A DNA stretch of 64,000 bases from Setoptus koraiensis (GCA_048013815.1 CM106585.1:21762001-21826000), one strand, 5' to 3'. Counted from the first letter of the stretch, positions 1-13,500 are shown. Made by a program: numbers and translations. The notes: generated by a model not told the origin, from the letters alone.

Positions 1-3000
1 AACTTGCGAAAAGTCAAGAAGGCGGCTTGAAAAGAAGGGAGACAAAGGAAAACGCAAGGAAAAAAGAGGGGAGCAAGCAGAAGCGGAGAAGCAGAGAAGG
101 AGAAAGGGAGGAGTGAAGTGGAAACACGGAGAAGAAGACCTTAGTAAGAAAAAAGAAACTAGGACACAGGAGTAGTGGGACAAGTTACGTGACAGAAGAC
201 GGGTGGGGAGGTTGAAGAGAAGAGAACAGTAAAGAATGAACCAGCAGATTTTTGAAGGCACAAAACGTAAAAGAGTTAAGGTAAGGAGGAACAAGGTGTA
301 AACCAAGACTAAAAGCAGAAAAAAAAAAAAGACAAAAGGAGAGAACGTAAGAGGTATATAGTGACATTGTGTTGCGACGTGGCGGAGACCACAGTCCCAA
401 CCCGGAAATGTGAGAGCAGAAGATAAAGTAAGTGTGAAGAAAAATGATGGAGTAGCGAGCGCTCGGAGTCCGGAGAAAAGTGAAGAGAACAAAAGATGTA
501 AAAAAGAAACGAAGAGAAAGAAAAAAGGAGTAGAAGGAAAAGTACAAAGGAGAAAGAGAGGGGAGACGAAAACAGTAAGAGTAAAAGCGAGAAGGGACAG
601 CGTAGAAACAAGAAGTAGTAGGGGATGGAACAAGAAAAAAGGAGGCACAAAAGAAGAAGATTTAAAGAAGGTAATAAAAAGAAAAGTGTTGAGCGGAGCT
701 AAAGGGGAAACAAGGTAAAGAAGGGAAAAAGTATAGAGAAGAGGGGATGGTTACGAACGGAAGACAGATAAAAGGCTAAAGGAGTAGGAGCAGGAAAGGA
801 GAAAGTACAGGGAAAACATCTAAACAAGGAAGAGGGAGGAGGTGAAGTAACGCAAGAAGAAAGTGAAGTAGAAAGTGAAAGGGAGAGGTGAAGGACTAGA
901 CGAAGGAGTAAAAAAAAAGTAAGCAGAGAGATGGTAAGAAGTCAAGAGGGAACGAGTATAAAGCAAAAGCTAGTAAAAAAGACAAGGTCATGAAGTAAGT
1001 GAGAAACGAGGAAGGTAGTACGGGAAGAGGCGAGTAAGAAAGTAAAGAGGAGGAAGATTGAGGAAAAAGAAGTAAGCGGTAGAGAAGTGAGAAAGTACAG
1101 GGAGGGTGAGAAGTTGAGGAAAGTAACAAGCCAAAAACACGTAGTGAAGGTTAGCCAAGAGAGAAGAGTAAGTAAAAGAAGAGAACAGTAAAGGTGTCGC
1201 AAACGTAGGAAAAGAAGCACAGGAAGGAGTGAAAAGAGTGGAGGCAAAAAGGTGGAGGCGTGGATTAAAGGAAGAAGAAGACAAAGCAGGAAGGGACTAA
1301 TAGTGTAGAGGAGAGAAACAAGAGTGATCGAGGATAAGTAAACGGGATAAAGAGAGAGAAGAAAAAGCGTGAAGTAGCGAGACAATGGTAAAGTGAACAA
1401 AGAGTAGGAAGTGGGATAAAGTGAAACAGTTAAATTTATGAGAGGGGTCAGGTAAAGAGAGAAAAGGGTAAGGGACTTGAACTACAAAACAAAAAAGAAA
1501 CGGAAAGGGAACACTAAGGAAAAGGAAGCAGAAAAAAGCACGGCAGAAGGAGTAGGGAGTAAGCGTAAAGTGACAGGAGTGAAAGTAGGGTACAGAGTAG
1601 ATAGCCGGTGGTAGTGTTAAAGGAGTGGGAAGAAAAAAGATGAAAGAAAAGAAAAAAGGGAAATATAGAGCGAGAAACGGGCAGTAAAAGGGTGGAGAAG
1701 TTAAGACAGAGAAAGAAAGCAGTACGGAAAGTGAAAGTCACGAAAAAGCGAAAGATGTGTATAAAGACAAGGGAGGAACAACAAAAGAAAAAGGAAAAAA
1801 GGGGCAGTAAAAACTGAGAATCAGGGTAATTATTTTTGAGCCAAGAAGAGGCTGAGAAAGGAGGCGCACAGAAAAAGGAAAGAATTTTTGTTTAGGATAT
1901 TTTTTTGAGCTGGAAAAGAGGGAGGGAAAGTAAAGTAAGATTAAAAGAAGGAGAAAAATGCGTGAGAAAGGCGGCTAATGTACAGAGATAACAAGGAGCA
2001 CAAAGTGCAAAGGACAGGTAGGAATAAGTGTAGTATTAGTTACACCGTTAAATCGAGGTGAGAAAGTAGTGCATGGTAGTCAGAAGGGAGGCAAAGCATA
2101 GCAAGCAAAAAAGAGGAGAAAAAAACGCGGGCGGAAGGGACAAAAAAGAAATTAGAAGAAAGAAAGACGTAGAAAGTAAGAAGGAAAAAAGAAAAAGTAA
2201 CAACGGAAAAGAAAGACAAGGTGTCACGGGATGCTAAGAAGTGCAGGTCGAGGACGACGACAGAGAAGAACAGAGTAGGAAAAGAGCACGAGTTACAAGG
2301 AAAAGTAGAAGAAGTGAAAAAGGCAACAAGTTAAGGCGAAGCAAGGAGGAAAGCGGATGTAGAAGATGTAGTGGAAGTGATAGTTAAAAGAAGTGAGACA
2401 GAAGTGAGAGAACGTTGCAAGAAAAGTAAACTGAGAAAAGAGAAGGGGGAAAGTGTGAGATTCAAAGAGACGGAGGAGAAAACAGAGAAAAGAGTTGAGA
2501 CCGAGGAGCAAAAGAACACAGAGCAAACAAAAAAGAAAAAGAAGACAAGGAACAGGAGAAAGAAAAGAAACCGGCATGGACAGTACGGAGCAAAGCTAAG
2601 AGGTAAGAAGACAAGGAGGGGAGGTGAAGGGAAGAAGTGGAAGGTAACCGGAAAAAGACACAACAGAAACAAAGAGTCGGGGGTTTCAAAGGAAAAAAAG
2701 GAAAAACAGAAAAACTGAAAAGTAAAAAGAAGGAAGAGACGTAGAAAAGAACAAAGAGGACGAGGAGTCAACAGAATCAAGAGGAGGAGAGAGAAGAAAG
2801 ACGTAAAAGTAAAAAAGGAAAGAAGACAAACAGAAAAAAGAGAGAAGGAGGAGGGAAAAAACGAGTGAAGTGGAGAAGGCATGAAAAGTTAGAGAGGAGG
2901 AAAGTAGAGTAGAAAGGCAGAGAGAGTAGAAAAGGGAGGAACGGGAGAGAGCAAAGGAATAACGGAAAGTAAAGGGAAAGGTGTGAAAATTAAAGAGAGT

Positions 3001-4560
3001 GAAAGGAACGAAAGAACGAGAGGGGACAAGAGGAGGAAGGGTCGGAGCGGAACGAAAGAGAGACCAAGTGTAGCAGCTAAATGGAAGGAAAAGGTGCACA
3101 CACCAGGACAGAAACACAAACTAAGGCTAGGTGAGGAAGAACAGTGGTGCAAAAAAAGGAAAAAAGAGTAAGACAGCGCAGAAAGTAATATTTTGAGTTA
3201 GGGTCTAAGGGTGTAGTGAGACGAAAGAGGGTTAGGAGGGTAAGAAGTGACTAATAGAAGAAGATGAAAAGAGAAAAACAGAACAGTAGAAGGAGAAGAA
3301 AAGGACGGGAGTGAGTAAGAAAAAAAAAGTAGAATACAAAGGGAAGGTAGAAAGGACGAAAAAGAGGAGAGGTGCAAAGGGTAAAAGTAGTGATTGCAAC
3401 AAAAAGGAGAAAAGTGTCAACAAAGATGCGAATGACGAGACCGCACGGACGAAAGAAAAAAAAAAAGTAAGACAGAGGAAGTAAGAGAAGAGGGGGTAGG
3501 AAAGAGAAAGGGAAAGAAAGGAAGGTAGATTGAAGGAGGTAGGAAGGGAGGACAGTGAACGCGGAAACAAAACGTGGGACGGTTGGGAAGAGCAAAGGTT
3601 TAGGAAGCAAAGAGCAAAAAGAAGGACGAATGAGGAGGAAGGAAAGAAACGAAAAGACAGGGAAGTAGAGGTGGGAGGTCACGGAGAAGGACAAAGAGTG
3701 CAAAAGCAACATCATTGACGAAAGAAAGAGTAAAGAGGAGATGAAAGAGTAGGCTTAGAATGAAACGAAAAACAAAGAAGCAAGATTTGAGGAACCAGTA
3801 AGAAGAGTTAGAAAGTAAGTCAAAGGAACACGACGCAAAGGAAAGTAAAACGTAGTTGAAGAAAAAAAGAGGCACAAGTGGAGAAAAAAGGCAAGGAAAC
3901 GGGGGGTTAGAAAAAATGGAGGAGAAAGAGAAAGAAAGAGAGTAGAAGTCGACAACAGTAAAGGATAAGATAAGAAACGAAAGAAGTAGGAGACAGCAAT
4001 GAAGAAGGGAGAACGAGAGAGTAGAGATCAGTCGTAAAAGGGGAGAACAGAAAAAGGTACGGAGAAAGGAGACACAGAGTCGAAGTCAAGTAAAAGGCGA
4101 AAGTCAGAAAAGAGAAAAAAAGAAGGAAAAGAAAGAGAGGGGGAAAGCGAGTCACAGAAGAAACAGTGAAGGGTCGTGCAAAGTAAAATGGGGACGGACG
4201 TGGAAGAAGAAGACGAAGGGAAGGAGAGGAAGTAAGGAAAGTGAAATGATGAAAACGAGACGGGAAAGCAGAGTAAAATGAGGACGGAAAGAAAACACGA
4301 AGTGGAAGGAGGACAAGGCAGCAGAGAAGAAAGCAGACGTGAGAGACAAAAAGTAGTTAAAAGAAAGGGGGGAAAAGGACAAAAGGAAGGGAGGCAGAGA
4401 GAAAAAAGTCAGGAAGTCACGAAAAGTGACGGGAGGAAGTACGGGCAATACCAACATGAGCAAGGTTTCAGGAACGAACGAAAGAGAAGAAAAAAAAGAG
4501 GAGAGACAAGGGGAGACACAGGTAAGAGACGCAGTTAAAGTACAGAAAAACTACAGTACC
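1..4560. other. Low-complexity purine-rich (A/G) tract, probable sequencing/assembly artefact at a contig end
   Basis: The plus strand is overwhelmingly A and G, with C/T mostly as isolated bases and no repeat unit I can see. ORFs are K/R/E-rich on + and L/F/S-rich on -, which follows from composition alone. Confidence 0.75.
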
Positions 4561-4644
4561 GCAAAGCGGCTTTGACACGTCGTCGTCTCGTTTTTTATTT
4601 GCAAGCCGCATCACCCGCACACTTCAACACGTCGCCAGTACCCG

Positions 4645-4940
4645 GCGTTTCCTCTTCCTCTTACCTTCCCTTCCCGCCCGTCTATCCTGTCCCCTATTCC
4701 TCCCCTCCTCTTCTGCCCCCTTCTCCTCTTCCCCCCTCCCCTACCTCTCATCCTCCTTCCTCCCCTCTCCTCTTACTCCTTTTTCCCCTCCTTCCTCCCC
4801 CTATTTCCCCTACCCCCTTATCTTCCTCTCCCCCCCCCTCCTCCCCTCTCCCTTCTCCCCCCCTCCCTCTCTTTCCCCCTCTTCTACCTCCCTCTACCCT
4901 CTCCTCTTCCTCCTTCCCTCCTCTACCTCCCTCTCTCCTA
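4645..4940. repeat. Polypyrimidine (C/T) low-complexity tract; G-rich on the minus strand
   Basis: Almost only C and T, with many CCC-CCCCCCCC runs. It gives the spurious Pro/Ser/Leu ORF 4572..5012. Confidence 0.85.
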
Positions 4941-7492
4941 GAGTGGATGTTTTTCTGTGAGCGAATATCCGTTCCTCATGCTGGCTGCGATGCCATTTCG
5001 ACATTAACCTGAAAACTATTTACCATTTATAAGGCTATTTGTGAACAAACGCCTGTGTGTGTGTGTGTCCGATTATCCGTCAAATGCGTTTATTTCTGAT
5101 GGATTTCCAGTCCAAGAGAGAGAGTTGGATATTCGCTTAAAATCCGCCACAAAATAGCGTCTCCAACAAAAAGTATATCACACGAGGCTCTTCTTCGAAG
5201 TTCGAACGCACGAGATTCGATCAAGCGATCAGGCAAGGGTTATTTATCTTCATACGCATCGATTGTTGTCCATAATAAGCTATTGCAACACCAGAATCAT
5301 GACGAGAGTGACTCGGATGAATAACTGACCACTCAACCGATATATTTCATGCATGTTTTCCTGAATTAGTGCGCTCCGATATCCATCCAAGCTGGATCAA
5401 CATTATTTGCTTCAGCTAAAACTTGTGGTGGCTTTGTTTCAAGTGGGCTAAAAGTGGTTTCCTTGTATGGGGGAACGACTTTTAACCAACGCTCATAGTC
5501 ATCAGAGAATGCAAATATTGTAACAAGTTAGCACCGTGCCACCTGTTCGAGCTAATTAGCCATTCTTGTATGCAAATAAACGAATTGCCACGGGCAAAAA
5601 TAGATTATAGTTGGAGATTTTGTCCCATCATTAGTCATGCTGTGGTGACAGTACTGATTTTTACTCATTCAGTGGTAATTCACACACTTAACTGGAATTT
5701 ATGCCCAGAGGTCGCAGTCCCGATACACAGGCCGTGCTTTTGCACTCATTCAGTAGTGTAGTCCTAATTAAGGTAGTGCAAGTTTATACTCGTTTAGTCA
5801 CATTTTCAGTTAGTTGGTCGGCTAACTAACTGGTTAATTGCAGGTGTACCTGTCTCCGGGAACTGAGGAACTAGGGAGCAATTTTCGCGATAAAAATATA
5901 ATAAATAGACTAGACCATTCACACACAAACACTGTGTTTATGTTAGTGTTTAGTTTAGTAGGCACTAATAGGCCAGTTTTATTCTCACCGATAAACGTTC
6001 CTTCCGGTAGGGGCGCATAAGTCACCATGATAAATGACTGATTATTGGTGGCAAAATTATATAACATGACAAACAATAAACATTCGCTCTCGCCAATGAC
6101 ACAAACATGTAAATTTAGATCAAATATAACAACAAAGTTAGCAAGTGATTGCTCATACACTATAGATAAGTTGCGCCACGTGTTAAGTTAAAGTTTAGCG
6201 TCGTCACTAGCAAGCGACTTAGTGAAGTGCCTAGAGGCCGACTGTTAATCGCTGAACAGCTAACGCTCTACTTAATTAGAGTGGCCTAATAGCCAGGGTG
6301 TTAATAGACACTAACTTGGGCCATATATGCCGGAATTAAAACAGTGACAGTTACCTTAAACAGTTAGCACCAGACCGTTATGTTGGCTAAAGTCAATCTG
6401 TTGTTTGCTCTATCATTATCATCATGTTTTCTACATTATCATTTGCTGTTAATGTGTCTAGACGTTGAATCGCGAGTTGCATTTGTCGACACCATTAATA
6501 TTTGGTTTGTATACGAGCTAGTAATCCATTCGTTATTTGATATGAATTTATAATATAATTGCCGGAGCGACGGCTACAGGCGCCCTTGAGCAACAAGACA
6601 CCAATTTGTCTTGCTCGAGGTCTCAACACTAGCATTGTTGTCGTTGTTGTTCCAGCTCACCTGCATGCCACCGTTGTGCTGGCACGACAGCGGCAACTGC
6701 CACTGTCACTGTCACCAGATTGGCCCCAATTAGGGGCTCTGTCGACGTTAAACACAAAGACACACACACACTTTCTGGCGGTTATTTTGGGTATTTTCTT
6801 CCTGTATCTACTACCATTATGTAGTGTGTTGTTGGCAGTGGCAGACGCGTACCACTAGTGACACCACCAAGAGAGTAATTACCCTGCCACTCGCATCGCT
6901 CGAGTGTTGCCAATTCAATGCAAGCCTTTATTACGCAATAGACGCAATTATAATGTGACACTTTGAAAATTGGCACAGTCAGCAACACTGCCGCATGTGT
7001 CTTGTTGTGTATGCAGTGTGTTACATAACAACTTATGACATAACAATGGCTCGCCTTGCACGCAACAACTGACCAGCAGTCATAGACATTGAAATATATA
7101 CACACACAAAAAAAAAACAGGGGAAAAAACATTCATTCGTTGGAGCCTCTTTTGTGTGGCAAGCTCTAGATAACAACAGTGATTGTTTAGTGTATTGTTG
7201 TTGAATTCTATTGTTAGCGCACAGGAATAACTGTTATCCATTCATTTGCCGCGCTGTGGCGTAAAATCCAACAGGAAGTGGAGAAGAATACTGTCCTACA
7301 GGGGGCAGCATATGCATCGACTTAAGGTCAAACAGCGCGAACACACACACACAACAAATTACGCAACAATATGCGTTGCATACAATTAATGGGTGACCTT
7401 GAAAATTGTTGCCGGTAGCGAAAGGTAGCGGTTGGTCACACGGTGTTGGCGTCACGGTAGCCATAGTAATGCATTCGCAAAGTCATTAAATC

Positions 7493-7494
<2 letters not shown>

Positions 7495-7544
<50 letters not shown>
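7495..7544. repeat. (TG)25 microsatellite
   Basis: Read directly from the sequence. Confidence 0.95.
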
Positions 7545-7547
<3 letters not shown>

Positions 7548-9455
7548 AGGTGCATGCAGCAACGATATGTTTGATGTTGGTGTCAGGCCAACATGTCACA
7601 TGACATTGTCAGTACATACAAAAACACAAACAAAAAAAAAACACGCGCTAACAACACAAAGTGAAAACACGTGCATGTTGTTACATAACGTTACGTTGCA
7701 ATGCACGCAGCACAAGTGTTTGTGTGTGTATTGACAGCAAGTCAGTTATATAACATTGCGTGTGCGTTATAAATCACAATACAACACACGAAAGTCTTGT
7801 TAGTGTGTTGCGTCACCTCGAGGCTCGATCTCGGCTATATCTTAGAGGTGTGCACGGTGCATGGTCGTCACTTCCGGTCTCTATAAGTCTTCATTTTGTT
7901 TTTTGTGTTGCTATTACAATCACTCGTGTACGTGTATGTGTATTGTATTTAACATTACATTTCGTGTCGACTGTTGTACAGTTGCAGTGAACAGCATGAT
8001 AACAACAGAGACAGCTAATAAATGTTTCCTGATACGAGTGACAAATAAAATCTCGCGCATCATTCATAAAACATACATTTACCCGTACAATCGCCAAAGA
8101 GAAAATCATATGGCCAATGTCGCTCGTCAATAGACAGCTGCCTGTCAGATGAATCACGCTAGTTGATTGTGATAAATAGCGAAATTATAACATTTTGCAA
8201 TCTGGCCGGTCACTGCAAACCGGTCATTTGTCGTTTTTCATTTCTGTATCATCATTCGTAACATTAGTTGTTGCTGTGGTTGTTGTGGTTGTTGTTGTGG
8301 TTGTTGTTGCTGCTGTTGAAGTCAGTGTTCGCCGTAATAGTCTGTAAAAGCCAACATATTGATGGCTCTCTATGGAGAGAAGATAATGGATTCGATTGAT
8401 TGATCAATGCCGCATCCAAGCTCCCGAACGGAGCCTATTTCTTCCGCTTGATTCCGTTGGATTTTTCCAACTGTCAGCACACTGTTTGCTTTGTCGACAC
8501 ACCAATTCGATTAAACGTTTATAAGATGACAAAGGGTTGCTCGAAAAGAAAAAGACACCACCATTGCAAATGATGTGATGGGGCCAACTGCGAAACATTT
8601 CCATGGAAAAATCAAAGCGAAACAATGTTGACACTGAACAACAAGAGCACGGCAATCATTCATCATCTACTACAAACAAATGGACACGAACCACCAAAAC
8701 ATGACGTGCCAATGACGTGCACTGATTCGCTTTGCCAGCTAGCCAACAATAGCTTGCCAAAGTCCAAGTTTGCGTTTATGTTATGCGCCTGTACACGTGC
8801 ATGTGATTGCGCAATACGCAAACAATATTATTAGTGAAAAATATCCCAAATAGAGTGTTCCAAATGATCATTGCAATGCCCTATAATTTTGGGCATAATT
8901 TGAAACTTTCAGGGTGTTTTCCGACCATATGCAGGGCCGACAAAGCACACACTTGACGCTGGATCTCAGGACGAGAATCTTCACGTTTTTTCATTTTTGG
9001 TTTATTTTTTTTTTCTTTCAAATCCTTCAATGATTTGAGGAAGAAAAAAAAACAGGCGCTAGATCAGCAACAATCGCCAGAAAAGGCCATGAAGAGCATA
9101 GAAAGAGCGATATTATATATCTCCATATTTGATCTGTACGAAAATCGGTCGGCATCATAAGTTGCCAGATCGGCGCTCACGGCCACTGCACATACGTGCG
9201 CCTAGCGACGTGCCAGGTGACCGGAAAACGCCTTGAAAAGGCTCCCTCGGAGGTGAGCTCAGCCGGAACATTGTCAGATATTGTGGTGCAATATTGGTGC
9301 TGATTTGGTGCAGTGTTAGCGTTAGGTGATGAGGGAATAAAGTGCAACTGGCGCAATGACAGCGGAATGAGTTGGGTGGCTCACAAGTGAGCTAGGCGAG
9401 CAGTTGACTCAAATAACTTTATTGTTGACAACTCAAATCGTATATCATCATCATG

Positions 9456-9482
9456 GTGTGTGTGTGTGTGTGTGTGTGTGTG
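9456..9482. repeat. (GT)13 microsatellite
   Basis: Read directly from the sequence. Confidence 0.95.
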
Positions 9483-10482
9483 AGCCATATTGAACACTCA
9501 ACTTGTCTTTGTGAGCGGCCGAAGGGGCCCCAAAGTGAGCCAAGAGAAAGAGACTCTTTGCTTGTCGAGCGAAATGAGACGAGATTAGATAAGATGCACA
9601 CAAGAGGATAAGTTCGGGTAAAAATAACCCCGTTACGTAATGACAGCATGAGATGCGCTGGCAGTAGCTAGCTGAGAGCAATGTGTTTCAATTAAGACAA
9701 CTGCAACTGTGCATTTGATGCGTGTCTGGTCAATAAGAAACACCATTGTTTGTCGAGGTGAAACAATTGAACAGTGTTTGCCCACTCTATTGCACTTGGG
9801 CCATTGGTGCTCGGCACCGGTCGGCACCGGTCGGCTGACCGGTGACCGCGCCAATCTAGCCGACAGCTGCAACAAACGAGCCTAAGTGGCCTCTATTGGG
9901 GCCCCTCTATTGGCCTGTTGGTGTATTTATGTTAATTTTGGCCCTCTCTTTCTCTGTCGGCCGCTATATAGCGAGCTGAGTGTGTGTGTGTGTGTATCAA
10001 ATATACATAAAATGGTAATAGACACTCAAGTGAGATAGAGCAAGTGATTATTATTTCGTGCGATGCGCCACCGCATCGGATATATCGCTGATCCTGATTT
10101 AGCTTGCATTTGCGGCTGAACAGCCGCAACCTTGAAACTTGGCCCGACCTTGCGCCTGTCGACAACAAAGTGAGGCCACTTTTTCTCTCCCTCTCCCTCC
10201 AATTCGCTCCCTCTAAATACGCGCCTGCTGGATGCTCTCTTGAGGCTGCCCTTTTTTGGTGGCCTCTCTTTTTCCCTTTTGGGCGCTGTCCCTGTCGCGA
10301 AGCTCACCTTTGCACCTTTGCACTTTGCTGATTGATGAGTGCTGAATAGGCCCCTTTCGCTTATTTGTATAATAGAATGGCGTCAAGAGGAGCGTTTCTT
10401 CCTGCTACCAGTGGTGGCATAAAGACGGGCAACATTGTATCCATTGTGATGGCGTGGGGCCAGTGACAGCGACCAAGTGCCA

Positions 10483-10565
10483 CGGCACATATACGGCACA
10501 TATACGGCACATGATGGCACATATACGGCACATGATGGCACATATACGGCACATGATGGCACATG
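10483..10565. repeat. Minisatellite with a GGCACAT core; 11/10-bp subunits alternate to form a 21-bp higher-order unit
   Basis: CGGCACATATA x2, then CGGCACATGAT alternating with GGCACATATA (3 and 2 copies), ending in GGCACATG. Confidence 0.9.
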
Positions 10566-13500
10566 TAGCGCCAAGTGTGTGTCGCTGTGTATCTTGGTGA
10601 AAAATAATTATATTAATGAGATGCATAAATATATGGTTTGAATAGACGGTTTGCACTGAAATGGGCAAACACTTGCACGGGCCTCAGCTGCCAGGTAGCA
10701 ATGTCAGCAATGTCACAAGTGCCAGCTTGGGTGTGGGGGCAGGGGGAGGGGGGATTTTGGTTGGTTCATTGGTCAGTGAGTGAAATACCGCACGAAATGC
10801 ATGGGACCCCGATGGGAAATGAATCTTATCTTTATCTCTCTTAATGGCGTGACTCGCTGATTGATTCTGTTAACAAGAAACAAACATTACAGCCCCTTGT
10901 TAATCTTATTCTAAATAGAGTTTTAGTTAGTTTACCACTGGTGTGACACCAAATAAGCAAACACAATGCGCGTTGGCGTGTGCTAACAATATCCGACTTA
11001 CACTCATTGTGATCATCGGCTTGCATCGCTGGCCGGCCGGTCCATTGGTGCCATTGGTCTCCATTAAATAGATAGATTCTGTGTGTCACAACTGCCACTA
11101 CCGCTAATATTAGTGCAATGTATCAATCCACCAAGATTGATGCAAATGTTTGCACTGTTGTTGTTGTTCTTACTGACGCTGCTTATTGATTATAACACGC
11201 AATGCACCGGCAACAACACCCACAACAGCAACAACAACACCCACAACAACCACCAATGACGTAACACAATGAAGGTCGCTGGTGCAAACGGCAAGCTAGC
11301 AATAAGTCGGCCTCATTGTCATTTGCGCCTGGCGTGCCAAACATTTATGCTAACAATGAGATAAGATTAACCCAATAGCTTCGAGTGCGAGCTATTGGCA
11401 ACTATTATTGCTCGCTAAATATCTCTCACAATCTCCGTTGCCTCTCTCACTGTGAGAGTCTCACAGTGAGAGAGCAGCCAACAGAAGGCTGCTCGATGAT
11501 TTGCATTAATCTCAACTGACAACTTACAACTGCCAACTCGGCCGGACATGGTAAACAAATCCAAGTGTCCAGTTTTTCGTTACCCGACAAACTTTATCCC
11601 TTCAGCATACAGCCCAAGTAAGCCGATACTTGCCCTTGAGTACAAACACATTGTGAGCACTAACAGCACTCTATTTACTCAATTTCATTCGCTTTTCCTA
11701 TTGCGCCAATCGACTCGTATGCGCCACTTGTAGTGACGACAACAATGCTAATGAACGCCAACATATACACACATGTTTCCAACAAATAATTACATCTGTA
11801 TGCCATTGTTTGACCACTTGCCTGTCCGATTGCACCAAACTTGCACAAAATCTAACCAGAAAATGACACTTGATACTACAATAGATGGCAACAGTATCCA
11901 TGAATAGATAATCAAATCACTTCATTGTCACCCTATGGTGACCCTATGCGCAACCTAGATTGCAGTACACATGTTCGTGCCATCTCACTCATTGTATCAT
12001 TTGTCATCAGTTTGCGCTGTTTATGCAGCTCGCAGTCGCCATTCTCGTCGCGTAAAAATCCGAAAAGCTCATTTTCAAATATTTGAACTCCAAAATTTGC
12101 AGTTGGAATCATTCTATCGAACATTCGAGCGATTCTGCTCACAAGAGCGGGCTTCAGGCAAGCTTTTCTCTGCCGATGTGTGCCTCTTTCATATGACACG
12201 TAAGCTGCATTTTTCATAGAAAAAAAATCTCATTAGTGATAGAGCACTTTGCTCCACTCACGAAAGTTATATGCACTTTGCCATTGAAAAAAAAAATGAC
12301 TGGCCGAAATCAGACAAAACTGGCTTCCGAGCAAATTTCGCCCAACCACTAACCCTGTCTCGATGACAGCTTCGAAAATTCGGGACGTAAAATTAATTAT
12401 GTCTATGATAATTTCGTGGTCGTACGATCTTGCACGCTAGGGATGTCGATGGTTCGGTTGACCGAACCGAATATTTTTTTTCTGAACCTAATCAAAACGG
12501 TGTGCTCGCTCACATTATCAACCGAAACCGGAATGAAACAGAAAAATGCACCGGTTGTTGGCAACACTTTGAAGTTTCGGTGTCTGAGTAGGTGTCACTA
12601 TTTTCAACCGACTACATTGAACATGGTATCTCACATTTACAATTGGTTAAACTTTAATTAAGCTACTTACGTTCCTAAACTCATTTACTTGTGTGACAGA
12701 TTCTATAAATGGCTGTTTCAGCTAGCTTTTCATTAGCTACAACGAAGTATCTGATAACGGCCAGTTATCGTAGAACTGCGGTCAACGAACTTAATAAACA
12801 TAATCGTAAATCAACCGTCGACTTGCAAACCCAACCGAAACTGTAACGAAACAGAAATGAAACGGTGAACCCAACGGTCAAGAATTTTTGGTTTCGTCAT
12901 GTCTGATGCATTACTGACTTGTAGCATCGAATGCGGAGTGATATTTTGGCCCTCTGACAAACAAGATAAACTGATACTTTCAATAAAATTTAGCATGAGC
13001 TTGTGGCCACTGGAGGGGATCCAGAAATAACCGTCTAGAGATAACTGTCTAGAAATAACTAGACATGCTAATGCCGGAGCAGAGTTCTGTCTAGGTTTTC
13101 TCACCTCAGTGTAAGCTTAAAGTTGGCCTCATTTGCTGATTTTCAAAGCCAGACGAGTTTTTTTTCCAATCACAAATTTGTCTGAAAAAGTTTCAAGATC
13201 AGAATAGCCCTTGATTGTGAATCATGTGAATACGAAAGGGTAGAGAGAGTAGTTGTAGCAGTCGTACGAAAGTACTTTGTATCTACTTCTCGGACGAGTG
13301 ACGCTATTTCTCTTACGTCTTCCATTCATCCATTCTCTTCTAAGATGACCAGTGCAATTTTGTTAATGACTTTAGTCTAGTATGAGTGTCAGGGTTGTGT
13401 TTGACGCACAAATCTGTCACAAACCTATCACCTGTCTAGAGGAGCGTCAAAGTGGAAAAAAGAGCAAAAACGCGACAATCTTGAGACTAACTGAACAGGA

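Noticed and set aside
185-4538. Dozens of K/R/E-rich (+) and L/F/S-rich (-) ORFs
   Set aside because: Stop codons are depleted by the A/G skew; no domain, splice or codon structure.
5366-5522. Minus-strand protein-like stretch FAFSDDYERWLKVVPPYKE...DIGAH*
   Set aside because: In-frame stop just upstream, no consistent exon partner, no recognisable homology.
6832-6858. LAVADAY, resembling GPCR TM2 (LAxxD)
   Set aside because: Followed at once by His-stop, the upstream context does not fit ICL1/TM2, and there is no suitable donor.
7564-7605. GATATGTTTGAT, resembling miR-190
   Set aside because: Only 12 nt match, the hairpin is poor beyond 7 bp, and it is not in the usual talin intron.
10483-10565. 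CRISPR-like array (also 27535, 29259, 29668)
   Set aside because: Head-to-tail tandem units without unique spacers, eukaryotic context, no cas genes.
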